DNA of 63,867 nt, counting the filler, from Asterionella formosa (taxonomy: Eukaryota): NCBI GenBank assembly GCA_002256025.1. It is 11 parts of 11 records of this genome, joined end to end, with 100 filler letters (N's around TTAATTAATTAA, not from the genome) between each part and the next. Parts side by side here need not be neighbours in the genome. Positions count along the whole stretch, not along the records: positions 6,229 to 12,352 come from NKIB01012813.1; positions 12,453 to 18,572 come from NKIB01012815.1; positions 18,673 to 24,791 come from NKIB01012816.1; 8 more parts are not named here. One strand, written 5' to 3'. The translations under genes and the position numbers were made by a program. Shown piece by piece: positions 11,740 to 24,190 of the stretch (its first letter is position 1; the number at the start of each line of letters is the position of its first letter). Under the pieces are notes generated by a model. That model was not told the DNA's origin. It was given only the letters and a program-made list of their open reading frames with translations, and made no database searches.

Positions 11740-12068
11740 TACCTGGTACCTGGTACCAGGTAACAGGTACTCCTACCTGATACCTGGCAAGGTACCAGCA
11801 GCCTTACTTTCTTCCTCATGTACCTTTTTAATCCTGGTATGTGCCTGGTACCAGGTACCTGGTTGTTGAATGGTGGTAAAATTGGAGGTCCTCAGGGTAC
11901 ACTCGTACAAGACCGCAGACTGCGCCAGTTTCGTTTGTGTGTTCGTTTTATTACCGGTAGAGGAGTCTGGCACATTTTATTAGGAAATGAGCACAATTGA
12001 CCGCGCCCATATTAAATTAATTAATTATAGACTTGTTTGTACCTGGTACCTGGTACATGGTACCAGTA
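11740..12068. repeat. Cluster of TA-CCWGG-TA palindromic units
   Basis: TACCTGGTACCTGGTACCAGGTA at 11740-11762, CCTGGTACCAGGTACCTGG at about 11844, TACCTGGTACCTGGTACATGGTACCAGTA at about 12039. Confidence 0.85.
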
Positions 12069-12352
12069 TCCTAGAATCATCATGATCACACTGGCGCCAC
12101 ATAAATTATAAAATCATGCCAAAATCAAGGAAACCGCCACGATGAAGGTTGCTTCTGCATGGTCAGTTTGATGTGATTGTGACTCTTTCTGATCTTCTAC
12201 TTCTCACACCTCTTACTCCTTTCTTAATTACAGCTTCTCATGAAAGAAAATTCAAGATTCAACGACGAATTGAGGTCGTTGTCAAGGTTGTTTTGCTGGA
12301 GCTTATCTTGGTATGATGTTGATTGTTATTTCATTTATTCCTTGCCTTTTGT

Positions 12353-12452
12353 NNNNNNNNNNNNNNNNNNNNNNNNNNNNNNNNNNNNNNNNNNNNTTAA
12401 TTAATTAANNNNNNNNNNNNNNNNNNNNNNNNNNNNNNNNNNNNNNNNNNNN
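12353..12452. other. Artificial contig linker
   Basis: N44-TTAATTAATTAA-N44. Confidence 0.99.
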
Positions 12453-12503
12453 CTTATCATACATTTGTATATTTTTATTGGCCACGTCTGTGAAACATTC
12501 CCC

Positions 12504-13563
12504 ATGGTTTCTTTTTCTTTCACCGCTCCCCGCACAACAGAAGATGAATTGATAGAGGAGAGAAACCTGTTATCTGTAGAGCAAAGGGAGCTCGACGAGG
12601 CAGACCTGTACGGGAGTCAAGGAACAGAAATTGTTGAATCTGAGGACGAGACTGCCGCGTGCTTGCATTACCTTCGGCAAATGTTGGCATCCGATGAGCT
12701 CGTGATGGATTCCTCAACGCCAATACACCAAGCTATGGAGCGTTGCCCCGATTATGTTATAAGTACAGATTTTTTGATCATGTTTCTGAGAGCGGAACGG
12801 TTCGACTCAAATGTAAGTGGACTATTTCGTATTATGACCTTCAAGCATTCATGTATACAGCAACAAGTCAGCTTTGGTTGTGGATAAAGAATAGCTTACA
12901 TTATTCATCACGATCGCACTATAGATGGCATTCAAACGCATTTGCATGTATTGGAAAGTTAAGATTGACCTCTTTGGAGACGAAGCTTTTCATATTCTCT
13001 CAGGACACGACCTATCAGACGACGATATGTCATCGCTGCAGCTGGGGGGCCTTTTTGTGTTACCCAACAAGGACGAGGCGGGACGAGCGATAATAATAAG
13101 TGATCGCTCCAAATGGGAATTGCGCCAGTCCCATAGAAAATCCTTCGCGCGAGCTTACTGGTTCACAATCCATCATGCCTTATCAGATGTAGAGACTCAA
13201 AAGAAAGGCTTTGTCATAATTGTTGGTATGAGTAGGACCTTTTCCCTCTATGAGTTCGACAGAAAAGTTTCCAATCTCATCATGAGTAGCACCTATCATG
13301 CACTACCGATCCGAATTGTTGCCGTGCATAACACGCTTCAGAGTAAAATTGTGCAACTCATTCAGCCTTTTATTTGGTGGGCGATGGGCAAAGAAGCACG
13401 CCGGAAATTCTCTCACCACTGTGGCCCCAAAAATGTCATAATTGGGCGCCTGGCCTCAGAATTTGGGATCGATGCCGACAGTATTCCGCAAGAGTTTGGA
13501 GGGACATTTGATTTCAACTATGAAGTATGGCTTCGTGAAGTGCTTCTGGCCGAAGGTTTATAA
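12504..13563 (+). CDS. CRAL-TRIO (Sec14-like) lipid-binding protein; exons 12504-12812 and 12925-13563
   Basis: FLIMFLRAERFD, phase-0 intron GTAAGT...CTATAG (12813-12924), KRICMYW..K..LFG, KDEAGRAII, ETQKKGFV, LPIRIVAVH, IPQEFGGT. Confidence 0.85.
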
Positions 13564-14060
13564 CACAAACCAAAAGTTCTTGGCATGTCCTTCCTTTCAA
13601 AGGGATGTTCATATGGATTGGGAATAATTATAATTCTGTCAGAGATAAGCATTGCGACCTCGTCACTTCGACAGTGAGAAGTACTAGCACATTGCCACCT
13701 CGTCTTAACACAAGCAAACTCAGGAAACCTGTAGTATGGGAACTTCCCCAGAAACCAAATGTACCAATGATTGCTACTCATATCTTCACCGAGCCTTTCA
13801 TTACTCAAGAAGATAAGTTTAATTGAGAGAAGCATGTTCTTCCGATATAGAATTGATCAATAACGGTCCGAAATTTCAACTTTTATCCCTGTTGTGGATG
13901 GGAGTTGCATTTGATTGTACCCGTACTTGGTTCACCTCACGAAGCCTGGAACACATATTATGATGTCAATGCTGTATCTCATTCAGTTTTAGTCTGCTTG
14001 TCGATGTAGTAATGCGAGTGGAGCAATATACTTATTCATACAGTCTTCCTATTAAAAAAT

Positions 14061-16898
14061 TTAGAATAGACTGGACCTGGAATAATTGGACGACACGTCG
14101 TAGGTTCGATTATTCTCACCAAAGTCGTCTTGATCCACCAACCCTTCTCGAAATGTCAATACCACAACTTCCTCCCCTTTGTTGATACGACCATGAGAAC
14201 CACCAGAAAGTAAAAAGTCTTGAGAGGTCTTGGCTCGTACAGTAATCCATGTGTCGTTTTTGTCGTTACCAGACGGATCTGATGTTATAATTTTGTAATA
14301 ACTGCAAGCTTCTGCGGTCAATCGAACTGTCGGTTCATGGTATTTTGAGAGTTCACTTGCCCTGGCGGGCAAAGCCTCTGTTTCGTCAAGTTTGGAGCTT
14401 TCGAAGGATACCGTTTTCTTCACAACACCAAGTCCACGTTGCAACAAAATAAAGCCACCATCGGCAGCTCCTTTTATCATTCGGCCTGTGTCGCGAGTTG
14501 CTCCCTTGATTAAAGCCCGACCAGGCCGACGACGAGCCGCTTTAGAAAATATGGCACCCAAGGGTGTGCACGAGTCAATGGCCTTTTGCAAGACGACTTT
14601 CCACTCCAAGTACTCCGTTTCATCTCGAAACGAGAGCTGACGCTCGCGTTCGTCTTTGGTCGTAATTTTGATGATGAATAAATGAGATTCTTGTTTGTCA
14701 TCAATCTGCTGGAGTTTGGCGCCCGCCAGGGCGATTTGGCCACGGAGGCCATGAGGACGTGGGCTGCCATTGGCGTAATACGAAAGGACACTTTCTGAAA
14801 TGACAATGTACCGATTCTTCCAATTCCTAAACGCTTTGCTTCGAGTCCTGACCCAGCCACTCAAATCGTCTTGAGAGTCTTTGTGAGTTGAATCAACCAA
14901 ATCGTCTTCAGTAGTATAGGCGACCTGTAGATAAACGTTAGCGTCTTCTTTGTATGGTAGGCAAATGGTAAGGTTGACATTTTGTGTCATTGTGTCGATC
15001 AAATGATGCGAGTCATCATGAGACCGTGACTGCCAAACTCCCATCAGGACATCTCGGGAGTATGTCAGCGCTTGCACCTCAGTCAACGTGTGTTCCTTAG
15101 TATGATCCCCAGACCGACCATATTCAAGCAAACAACGACTCAAAGTACCTAGAATACGCTCCGCACAATGCGGAGAATCCGCAAGAATTGCATGTCCGTT
15201 CAATACTACGGTGGTCTTTCCCAAAAATTTCCAAAAGTCTGCCACTGACCTACCCTTGGTTCCAGTATCTGTGCGTACTGACAGGTATGCGGTCGGCAAT
15301 CTTACATCGGTTTCCCACATTTCACCACATAGAGATAAGTAAGCGTCCTTGTCTTGACATAGTCGCAAATTATTTTGCATTCTCAAGAAGCGCTCGATGG
15401 ACAATTGGTAAGGTGCCAAGTCTAGTTCTTGTCTTGGCTTTCCTGTCATTCCAATTTTTATCTTCTTTATCCATGATTGTCGTTCTTCTTCAGAATTCGC
15501 CATCCACAAAACCTTCTTGTTATTGGATGTGTGTAGCTCAAAACAAAAGTTAACATTGTCGTTAACTTCCACTGCAGACGCGCCTTTCAAAACAATCGTC
15601 TTTCTTTCCTTCATATTTGAATCCTTATAATAGGAAAATGACCCATACCCAACTTCTACGTATTTGACTTTCCACGTCTGCCTACCTACAGAGTGTCCCA
15701 ATTTCTTAAGCGATCCTTTTTTCAAAATGACATCACCAAACGATTGATGCAACTCTTGGTCATGCAGAAGTTGCAATATGGCTCTCAACATGATGGTATG
15801 CTCTAACACAAAATGATTGGCATCTCGTGCAGTGACAATCTCAAGCTCCCCCGCATCCACCAATGAGGCCATGCAGGGATGCAATTGGCCGCTGCCTAGG
15901 AATGAATTAGGAATAATGGTAAATTTGTCAAAATCCACTTGCTCCTCGAGTTGCACAACCGAAAGTCCAGATAAATCGCTATGCATAGAATTTCCTTCCA
16001 TCAAATCTCCACTCCATTCACTGTCGGTGGATTCTGCTTCCTCTTGGTGAGCCGGTGGTGGCGGAGGCAACAGCAATTCTCGAGAGTGGTTCGAGTCACG
16101 CTCTTCATCATGATCCGATGCATCGAAAAAAATTGGCATATCTAGCATGGCGCGGGATGAATTGAGTCGCTTCGTGCCTGGATTGGTGGCATCGTCGTCA
16201 TCGTCGTCTGTGTTACTTGCCCATGGCTTGTCATCGGCAAAGAGGGCCGATATTCGTCCGCGTTCAAAGATCGACGAGGATGACGAAACGACGGACGATG
16301 ATTGATATATTTCCTTGGAGCTTCTACCTATGTATTGCAACGATCGGTTCAACGACGCGAGTCTTGATCGTTGCAAGCCGACTCGTTCGTCGTCATAGTC
16401 GGAATTGTCTGTCAAGATCATAATATCGTCTTCTTCGGCAGCTTCGTCATCGTCTAAGGAAGAGCCCTAACGATGTATTCGTGTGCGTGCAGAGCAACAA
16501 TGTAATTTGGTGAGCGGGGTGTATGAATCCATGATCAGAAATGGAACAACATTCGGAGCGCTCTTCCATGCCTTCCATCTGTGATTGAGTTGTGTCCAGA
16601 TACGTACCGTCAATACTTGAAACAGCGACCCGCTCTTGCGCCTCATGTTTCCTCCTACTATTAATGGAGGCTGCATTCTTTGCCGCCTGTACTCATCCGA
16701 ACTGTCACTATCAAACAAGGAGGCTGCATTCCGTTCGATTGCTTCCCGTTTGCTAATGGAGTGAACTGGGACAGACTTGGCACTGGCACTGCCAATGTGG
16801 CTCAACGGCGTCTCATGCCAGTCCACCAGGACACTACCACCTTCACTCGATTGGTTTTTGGGGGAGAGAGGCGGGGGGACCAAATCGTGGTTGTTCAT
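14061..16898 (-). CDS. Protein with two PH domains (about 898 aa); exons 16898-16608 and 16466-14061
   Basis: PH1: KKGSLKKLG..WKVKYV..FSYYKD...ANSEEERQSWIKKI. PH2: GWVRTRSKAFRNWKNRYIVI..VLSYY...EYLEWKVVL. A phase-0 GTACGT...TTAG intron (16607-16467) joins the two track ORFs. Confidence 0.85.
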
Positions 16899-17502
16899 GG
16901 TACATGCGAGCGAGAGAGTGGAGAATCAACAACTGAATATATATTTTCTTCTCTTTCAAAGATGGATCTGTACCATAGGTACGGGAAATGCTCTAATGGC
17001 TATTTTGGTGCCTTCGTATTGCTCTGCTCCCCGATGATTGAATAGTATACGTATGTAACTTACATACTAGTCGTAATATTCTACCGGTTCCTATGTATGA
17101 TGTGAGATATTCAGCTATATATAGCTGAAGCATTCCTGTATGTACAACACATACCGGTATTTGAAATAGCTGATGACGAGGAGGCGAGCGAGGTCAAAAT
17201 ATCATTAAAGCAGGCGTTGACCACATCAATATCGTACAGTACCTGGTACACCACCGGCATGTTTTACTGGCATGTATTGAGGTATGTAGTACGGTAAATA
17301 AGCTGGAAGTCCTATTACAGGAAAGAACGCTACCGGCAGTGCCGCTGGTATCAAAGCAAATGCGGCTGGACAGACCTACCAACAACAACAGAGCGAACAC
17401 GAGTGACATCATGCGATATTTGAGTGACCTGCAGTGGTGCTGGCACCCCTGTTTCGTCAAGTATACGTACGGGATTATATATCCAAACGAGACTGCCAAT
17501 AA

Positions 17503-17697
17503 CCAGCAAGTTGCGGTAATTTTGCTGAAACTACAGATTTAGCTATCTTTATCCCAGATAAAAATGTTAGTTTAAGCAAAATGACCGCAACTTGCAAGGT
17601 ACCTGCAAGTTGCGGTAATTTTGCTGAAACTACAGATTTAGCTATCTTTATCCCAGATTGAAATGCTAGTTTCAGCAAAATGACCGCAACTTGCTGG
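17503..17697. mobile_element. Two tandem ~96-bp MITEs (Tc1/mariner-type, TA target)
   Basis: Units 17503-17599 and 17602-17697 each have ~30-bp TIRs CC(A/T)GCAAGTTGCGGT(A/C)ATTTTGCTGAAACT. A TA separates them and a TA follows. Related copies at about 1100-1130 and 41832-41922. Confidence 0.85.
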
Positions 17698-17922
17698 TAC
17701 CCTGTACTCACCGGTCGTAGGTAATGATAAGAATATTATGTACGTTATGCTCTCCTAGATATACATGTATAAAAAATATGTTTGTATAACCCTATTCTAA
17801 AGGTAAATAATATGCAGGTATACTAAAAACATCAATCCAACAACCATCAACCAATTAATTATCAACAAAACGCAAACAAGCAACAATCAAACCATCATTT
17901 CGCCATCGCCATCGCCATCGCC

Positions 17923-18572
17923 ATGGAGGACATTGACGTTTCTACTCGACATAAAAAGGAACTGAAGTTCCTAGAAGGAGAAACACGAGCTGCAATCAAA
18001 AAGGCGAAAGGCGTCAAGGGGAAAAAAGGAAAGGAGTTGTTGACAAGGTAAGGAAGGGATTTGTCTGCAAACAAGACACCATGTTGTGGCTTGCTGACAC
18101 TAGTTGTTAGTGTCTTGATTGCTGAGTATGATTCGTAGTGAACTAACCCAGTGTATCATGAATAAGTACGGAAGCGGAGTACGCACAGAAACTAGCGGAT
18201 TTGCTGGAAACGCACAAACAAGAACTACTTGCTACTGTCTCCGGCATTCCTTGTGCCGACGTGGAAACCACCATAGCAATCACTGCAACGCCTTCAGAAC
18301 CAGAACAAACTGAGCCATCATCTGCATCCGAAAATAAAGAAACATCCGAGAAGGATCGGAAAATAGACAAAGCAAAACGGAAAAAAGAAAAACAAAAAGA
18401 GAAGGAACGCTTGTACCAGCAAGAACTTGCAGAACTGGATGCCAATGCTGGACCGTCAATGCGAAAAATGGAATTGGAATTATTGGAAGCGCAACTGATG
18501 CCACTTTCCTTGAAAATTTCTGAAATACAGTCGGATGGAAATTGCTTGTATCGAGCCGTAGCCGCTCAATGT
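17923..18572 (+). CDS. OTU-domain deubiquitinase (OTUD6B/Otu2-like), 3'-partial; exons 17923-18047 and 18167-18572
   Basis: RHKKELK N-terminus, intron GTAAGG...CTAAC...TAAG (18048-18166) that keeps frame, Lys-rich coiled coil, catalytic motif IQSDGNCLYRAVAAQ. Confidence 0.88.
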
Positions 18573-18672
18573 NNNNNNNNNNNNNNNNNNNNNNNNNNNN
18601 NNNNNNNNNNNNNNNNTTAATTAATTAANNNNNNNNNNNNNNNNNNNNNNNNNNNNNNNNNNNNNNNNNNNN
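18573..18672. other. Artificial contig linker
   Basis: N44-TTAATTAATTAA-N44. Confidence 0.99.
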
Positions 18673-19310
18673 CAGCTTCACAGAGTTAAGAAACCAGCCA
18701 ACTGGTGGGGACCCAACATGCCCTGCTGAGGTGAGATACACCAAACAAATCTTTCGAAGAATCAAGCAATGAGAAGACACAAGTGCTGAGACTGACTCCA
18801 CTGATCTTGGAATAGAGATCAAACAAGATGAGCCCAATTTTGATGATGATTTTATAGCGATTTCTGGGGAGAGTGGAGGCAATGGTGGAGCAAGCAACAT
18901 CTGCCGCTTATGGTAATTTCTCTGGTTCAAGATTTCCTCGACCTATGGTGTCCCCTCGATTTAGAGATAAGGCAGTGTCAAGCAATACTGGGCATGTTGA
19001 GAAAGTGCTTTCTCTTCTGTCGATGCAGTTGCTTCACAAGGCTACTAGAACTGATACTGATGATGATGATGTCAATCCTGGCATCATTGTTGAATGATGG
19101 TGTACCTCAAACAACCACCTCCACTGACAGTGCTGATCCCATTCAGGCAATGATGATTTCAATTATTGCTTTGAACCTGATTTCAATGCAGCAAACAATT
19201 CAAAACCAAAACTAACCTGAAGAGCAAGTTCCAATGCACAACAAACTTCATCTGCCTCAACTCAATGTCAAACACCAAAAACTAACAGTGGAAGCAGTAG
19301 TGATGGTGAA
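18673..19310 (+). pseudogene. Accessory ORF of a Harbinger-like element (DUF6818-like PTGDPxCP motif)
   Basis: QLHRVKKP/PTGGDPTCPAEVRYTKQIFRRIKQ* with a frameshift and stop, convergent with the transposase. Confidence 0.6.
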
Positions 19311-19399
19311 TAAATGAATAACCTTAAATTAATTCATTCTAATATAAAATAAAAGATGTGATGGTAAATAATCATGAATAAATAAATTCTATGAATTGC

Positions 19400-20590
19400 A
19401 TGGCATTTCTATCAGCATTCCTATGCAAATAGGGCATATACACTGCTGAAGCAACAATCTGGTTCTGACAAACTTTGCTAGCACAAAAGTTGTAAAGCAA
19501 TCAATAATTTGGATTATTAACGAAATTTGTCTTTGATTCTCAGAAATGATATCTGAAAGCATCGCATTTCCTATTCAGACAGCTGTCAGATTGAGGTGGC
19601 TTGGCGATTCACATCAAATCTTTGTTGAGGATTACTAATTACGACATCAACATTATTTTGATGCGATTTCAACAGTGCATCTGATTTCTTAGATGCAAAT
19701 GCTGAATCCACAACTACTTTTTACCTGTATCCCTGTAAACTGTTTCATTCTGATCATAGATCGATGACCAAATTGCCATGATGAGTAAGCAATGGAGAAC
19801 ACCAGGTGCATTGAAATATGAGCAGCAAATTTTGCCATCAGGCGAAAAAAGCAACATGTTTGTCACATAGTGTTATTGATTTATGAGTCCCTCCATTGTA
19901 GAAGTTGTTCTGCTGTGTTTCATTTCCAGCTCGTTGCAAGGCCAGTTTTATAACATCCATTGCTCCCCAAAAATTTGTTATAACTGGGTATTTCTGATTG
20001 ATCATGGTTGCAAGCAACAAGGGAACTCCATTTGCAGTAGGCAGTCTCACAATGGCATCTTTATGTGTCAGCAGTACGTTTACAACCATTCGCCTTGAAA
20101 ACCTCAACCAAACACTCAAAGAACCATGTGTTAAGCCAAAAATGATTTGAAGAATCATATAGGAACAATGAGTCCTGGTCCATGCTAACCCAAGCGCTAG
20201 AAAACTGATGGAACAGAGGTATCTTTGCCGAACTTTCTTGGTTGTTGAATTTCTAACTATGAAATCCGTATTTTTCCTACAGGGAGTCAAGCAATCAAAA
20301 CAAGGTTTGAACAGATGGTGTAGGAGCTCGAAAGAAGAATTGTCAACCAACAAAAAGGTTATTAGAGCATCATCATGCTTGCTGTTGAACAAAGTCCAGA
20401 ATGGACTTGACAATGGATGCTGTAGTGCATGGTGACAGATTTTGCCACTTCTTCTTCTGACTTGTCAAACTTTCCCTGAACAATGGCGTCTTATTTACTG
20501 GTGGATAGCACACTGCTAACAGTAGCAATGTGATTATAATGTCGTCATCATCATCATCATCATCAGGAGATGAGAGGAAAGTCGTCATGG
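19400..20590 (-). pseudogene. Harbinger-like DDE_Tnp_4 transposase, degenerate
   Basis: SPFWTLFNSKHDDALIT, LALGLAWTRT, LQIIFGLT..SLSVWLRF, WGAMD.IKL.LQ.AG..QQN.FYNG, followed by NAPGV and VVVDSAF remnants. Confidence 0.85.
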
Positions 20591-21544
20591 TCAGTGACTG
20601 ACAATGATGAAGGCAATATATGGAGCTCATGCATATAATGAAGAAGAGGCGGCATAGCATACAAGAGGATGCATCGATATGAAAATTTAACTGGTAAAAA
20701 TCAAAGTTAAAAATATATCTAATGTCAAATAAGTAATCTAAATTATCTCTATTATCAGAGCGCAAGGGCGATATTATGAAGCACATCAATAAAACAATTT
20801 GTGTTATAATACACACAGAGCGCACCCAATGATGATACACCATCCTCGCCAATACTTACAATACACGAAGGTTTTTACTTTATGGAAATCATAGCTAAAT
20901 TTTTCATTTACCACAAATTGCCCTGGTAACTCGGGGAACTGCGGTAGAAGACGTTTTTACCATAAGGAAAACAAAGCAAAATTACTCATTTACCGCAACC
21001 TCCTCTGTTCTGGTACCAGGGTACTCCCTTTGGTTGAAAATAGTTGCGTCAAATCGCTGGCACCACTAGTGCGAAACCAATTATTAATTGTGCATATGTA
21101 CATATTGCCAAATGCCTTTTTACATTGGCCGGCAACTCAAATATTTGTGGGAAGCAATCCGAATACAACAAGCCACTATCATAATCATAAATTGAATAGA
21201 ATAACTGTCATTTGGTATACATTCTACGGTTGTTGCACTAACATGGACCAACCGTCGGATATTTAACAGTGATTTCCTCAAAGCGAGCATACCGTCATTT
21301 TCTTTTTTCCCATCATTGCCACTTTCAGGGTCGCGCATTCCATAGTAATTGAACACAAGCTGCCGTTGTTCTAGTACTGTTATATCGTACTTTGTATGTA
21401 TGTTGAGAATAAATGGTTCGAAGAAATATGGGACCTCGTGCATCTGGGAGTTGACAGAAACTCCAAAGTACAAAAAGTCATGTGCAAAACCTGTGTTTCA
21501 TCTAAAATCAACCTCGTATCACATTTTCCAAAAAGAAGGGAGAG

Positions 21545-21693
21545 GTTGCTAAAGACTGCAAAAGTACGCAAAAGAATGCGAAGTTCGCAAAAGACCGCAT
21601 TAAAACGTCTTGTCTCCGGATTTCCTCGTTCTTTTGCGACCTTTTACAGTTTTTAAGGTCTTTTGCGGTCTTTTCGTTCGAACTTTCTCAGTG
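21545..21693 (-). mobile_element. CACTG-type (EnSpm/CACTA-like) terminus with subterminal repeats
   Basis: The reverse complement starts CACTGAGAAAG. Several AAAAGACCGC-like repeats occur in both orientations. Confidence 0.45.
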
Positions 21694-22539
21694 TGATCCT
21701 ACCAGGGACATCCGAAAAACGTGCATAAAACCATTTAACGGCAATACTTTGGGCGGGGTTAGATATTATTACCAAATCATACAGAACTTAATCTATTCAT
21801 TAAGAGCGCGTCGTGCAAGGGCAGGCACACTTCCGTGGGCAGAGGCTTGTCGGCTTGTGCTTGTGACCCTTGCTGCTTAACTTAAAAGTGAATAAGCATT
21901 TGGTGCTTAAGTTAAAAGTAAATGAGCGTCTGGTACTTAAGGCCAGTGCTAACAGTGGACAAAAACGCCAACCAAACAGTGTCTCGGTCTCTGTAACCCT
22001 AAAATGCGATGCTAACGGGAGTGAAAATTCCAATGCAAACGCGTTGTTTGTATTAGCTACTCGTAGGAGATTCCGTACCTATACATTATGCATCCCAATG
22101 AGTTTTACCTAAATTCATTACCACAGAGTAACTTCTTTCCAAAGTTACCTAAACGACGTAGTATTCCGTGTTGATTAGTACTTAGAATGTAGCAAGCACA
22201 ACCCAATTATTCTGCTTATCTTCGAGTCAGTATATATTGCATACTTGTATGAATATACTGGTATATATCCTGGGAATTCCGGGAAAGTCTGAATATTGGC
22301 AATCTTTTCTAACCAGAAAGTATGATCTGTAATTCATTAAGTTTGATTCATATATCTTACACTTTTAATCAAAGCATATTTATCATATGACAATTGAAGT
22401 CAATTAAAGGCCTACGAGAAAATGAATCATCTAATTATTATAAAATTTGTACCATATGTAATTTTTGTTTGACTCCCGCTAATTGAGGGACTGATATTTT
22501 TTATTAGTAGACGATCCTACCACCCCCTTATTGGCCGAA

Positions 22540-23620
22540 GCTCAAAACCAACATGGTTCACAACAAATGATCCCACAACTTGGCTGATACCAATTTGGAT
22601 CCAAATTGGTAGCAACATTTCAGACCTTATCCCTAACACCACCCACAGATACCAGTTTGTAAACCTGATTGGTACTAGCAAAAATAAGATCGATACCAAT
22701 TTGGATCCAAATTGGTAGCAACATTTCAGACCCTATCCCTATGGCTGGGTGCAATTTCTGGGGCCACAAGATAGGCCCCGTAGGCCTAGTATTAGCAAAA
22801 CCCCTGACCCTATGTTTATAATATTTCACACCAAAAAAGCTTGTTAAAATCATATTGACCATGTCTGTATTTTTTTCTCCCGCGCCGCTTGATTTATCAA
22901 CATAACCACCATGATCAGCGCTATCAGTCAGTAAACGCATCAAGCGGCGCAGGGGCACACAATTTCGTTTATATATGACCTATTTAGTGTTAAGCATGGC
23001 AAATCCACGCCTACATGACCAACCAATTCACGTGCAGAAGCTCTTGAGCTTGACAGTGGGCTATCTAGAGTTGAAACTGTACAGGAATGCCTCAAATACG
23101 GTCCCATAGCAGTTATAATTAAGCTACTACAACGATTTCACAACCATCGCTGTGCAATGGACTTCTATTTCAACTTCATCATGAATGAACTCAGCCATGA
23201 CAACAACAAGATTGAATAAAAAAATTATTTAAATGTATACATAACATTTATTCACATGTATATTAATTATGTACAAAATTTTACTTAAGCTAAAATTATG
23301 TTGTACTTAGTAGCTATTGTGGCTACCTAGTGTAGTTTCAGGATGCACCCAGCCAGAATGCCAACAATAGATGCCAGTTTGGAAACCCAATTGGTAGTAA
23401 AAATATATTTGATACCTAATTGGTAGCAGCATTTCATTCCCCAACCCGAGCACCAACAAAGATACCAATTTGGAATCCCGATTGGTAGTAAAAATAAATT
23501 GATTGGAATGCCAACAGTAGATAACAATTTGGAAACCCAATTGGTTGTAAAAATAAGATTGATAACAATTTGGATTAAAAAAACAAATTGGTAGCAAATT
23601 ATACCAATATGGTATTTCTG
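22540..23620. repeat. Two clusters of degenerate quasi-palindromic GATACCAATTTGG...CCAATTGGTAG repeats (22540-22745 and 23360-23620)
   Basis: GATACCAATTTGGATCCAAATTGGTAGCAACATTTCAGACC occurs at about 22586 and 22692, with several variants at 23370-23600. Confidence 0.75.
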
Positions 23621-24066
23621 TAAAGCTAAATAAATATCTACATGAAGGTTAGCCATATCTTACAATTTTTGCCAAATTGTTATCATAAATCCCAATTTTG
23701 GATTTCGGACTTAAAGAAAAGACGAAAAACATTCGAAATCTCAATATGGAGTCCAAATTGGTACTTCTCGGTCACTGTGAGCCTGGTACCAGGGTACTCT
23801 GGTTTATATCATGACACCGTGATGACTTTTTCCATTACTGAAACGAATGCAATGCTTCCAACAAAGACAATGGCCAAATACCTGGTACCAGTCAGTACCT
23901 GGTACCGAAACTAAGCAATCATACTCCGAGTACCCGTACTAAGATGTGTTAAAATCGCGCTTAAATTTATAAGCCCTACCTGTACCATGTTGTCATTCAT
24001 GACTCAAATCAGCGCTAGTGCGGCAAAGCCGATCTGTTCCATTCATGCTGGCCAACTCAGTCTTAA

Positions 24067-24190
24067 TACCGTAAAACCTGGTGTCTCGTATCCCCCCAGA
24101 TACCTGTACCCCCCTTCGTACATCTGGCACAACACCCCCAAATATTTTATGTCTACAGAAAAAATAACAGCATATTATTGTATTCTAGCT
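24067..24190 (+). mobile_element. pogo/Tc1-mariner-like terminus (TA-CCGTAAAACC)
   Basis: Similar to 61718-61840. Followed by a degenerate Cys/His-containing ORF. Confidence 0.6.

Noticed and set aside
17503..17697. CRISPR mini-array or ncRNA
   Set aside because: The whole unit including the middle is duplicated, and TIRs plus TA flanks fit a MITE.
22540..23620. CRISPR array
   Set aside because: The repeats are degenerate and irregularly spaced, the spacers are related to each other, there are no cas genes, and the context is eukaryotic.
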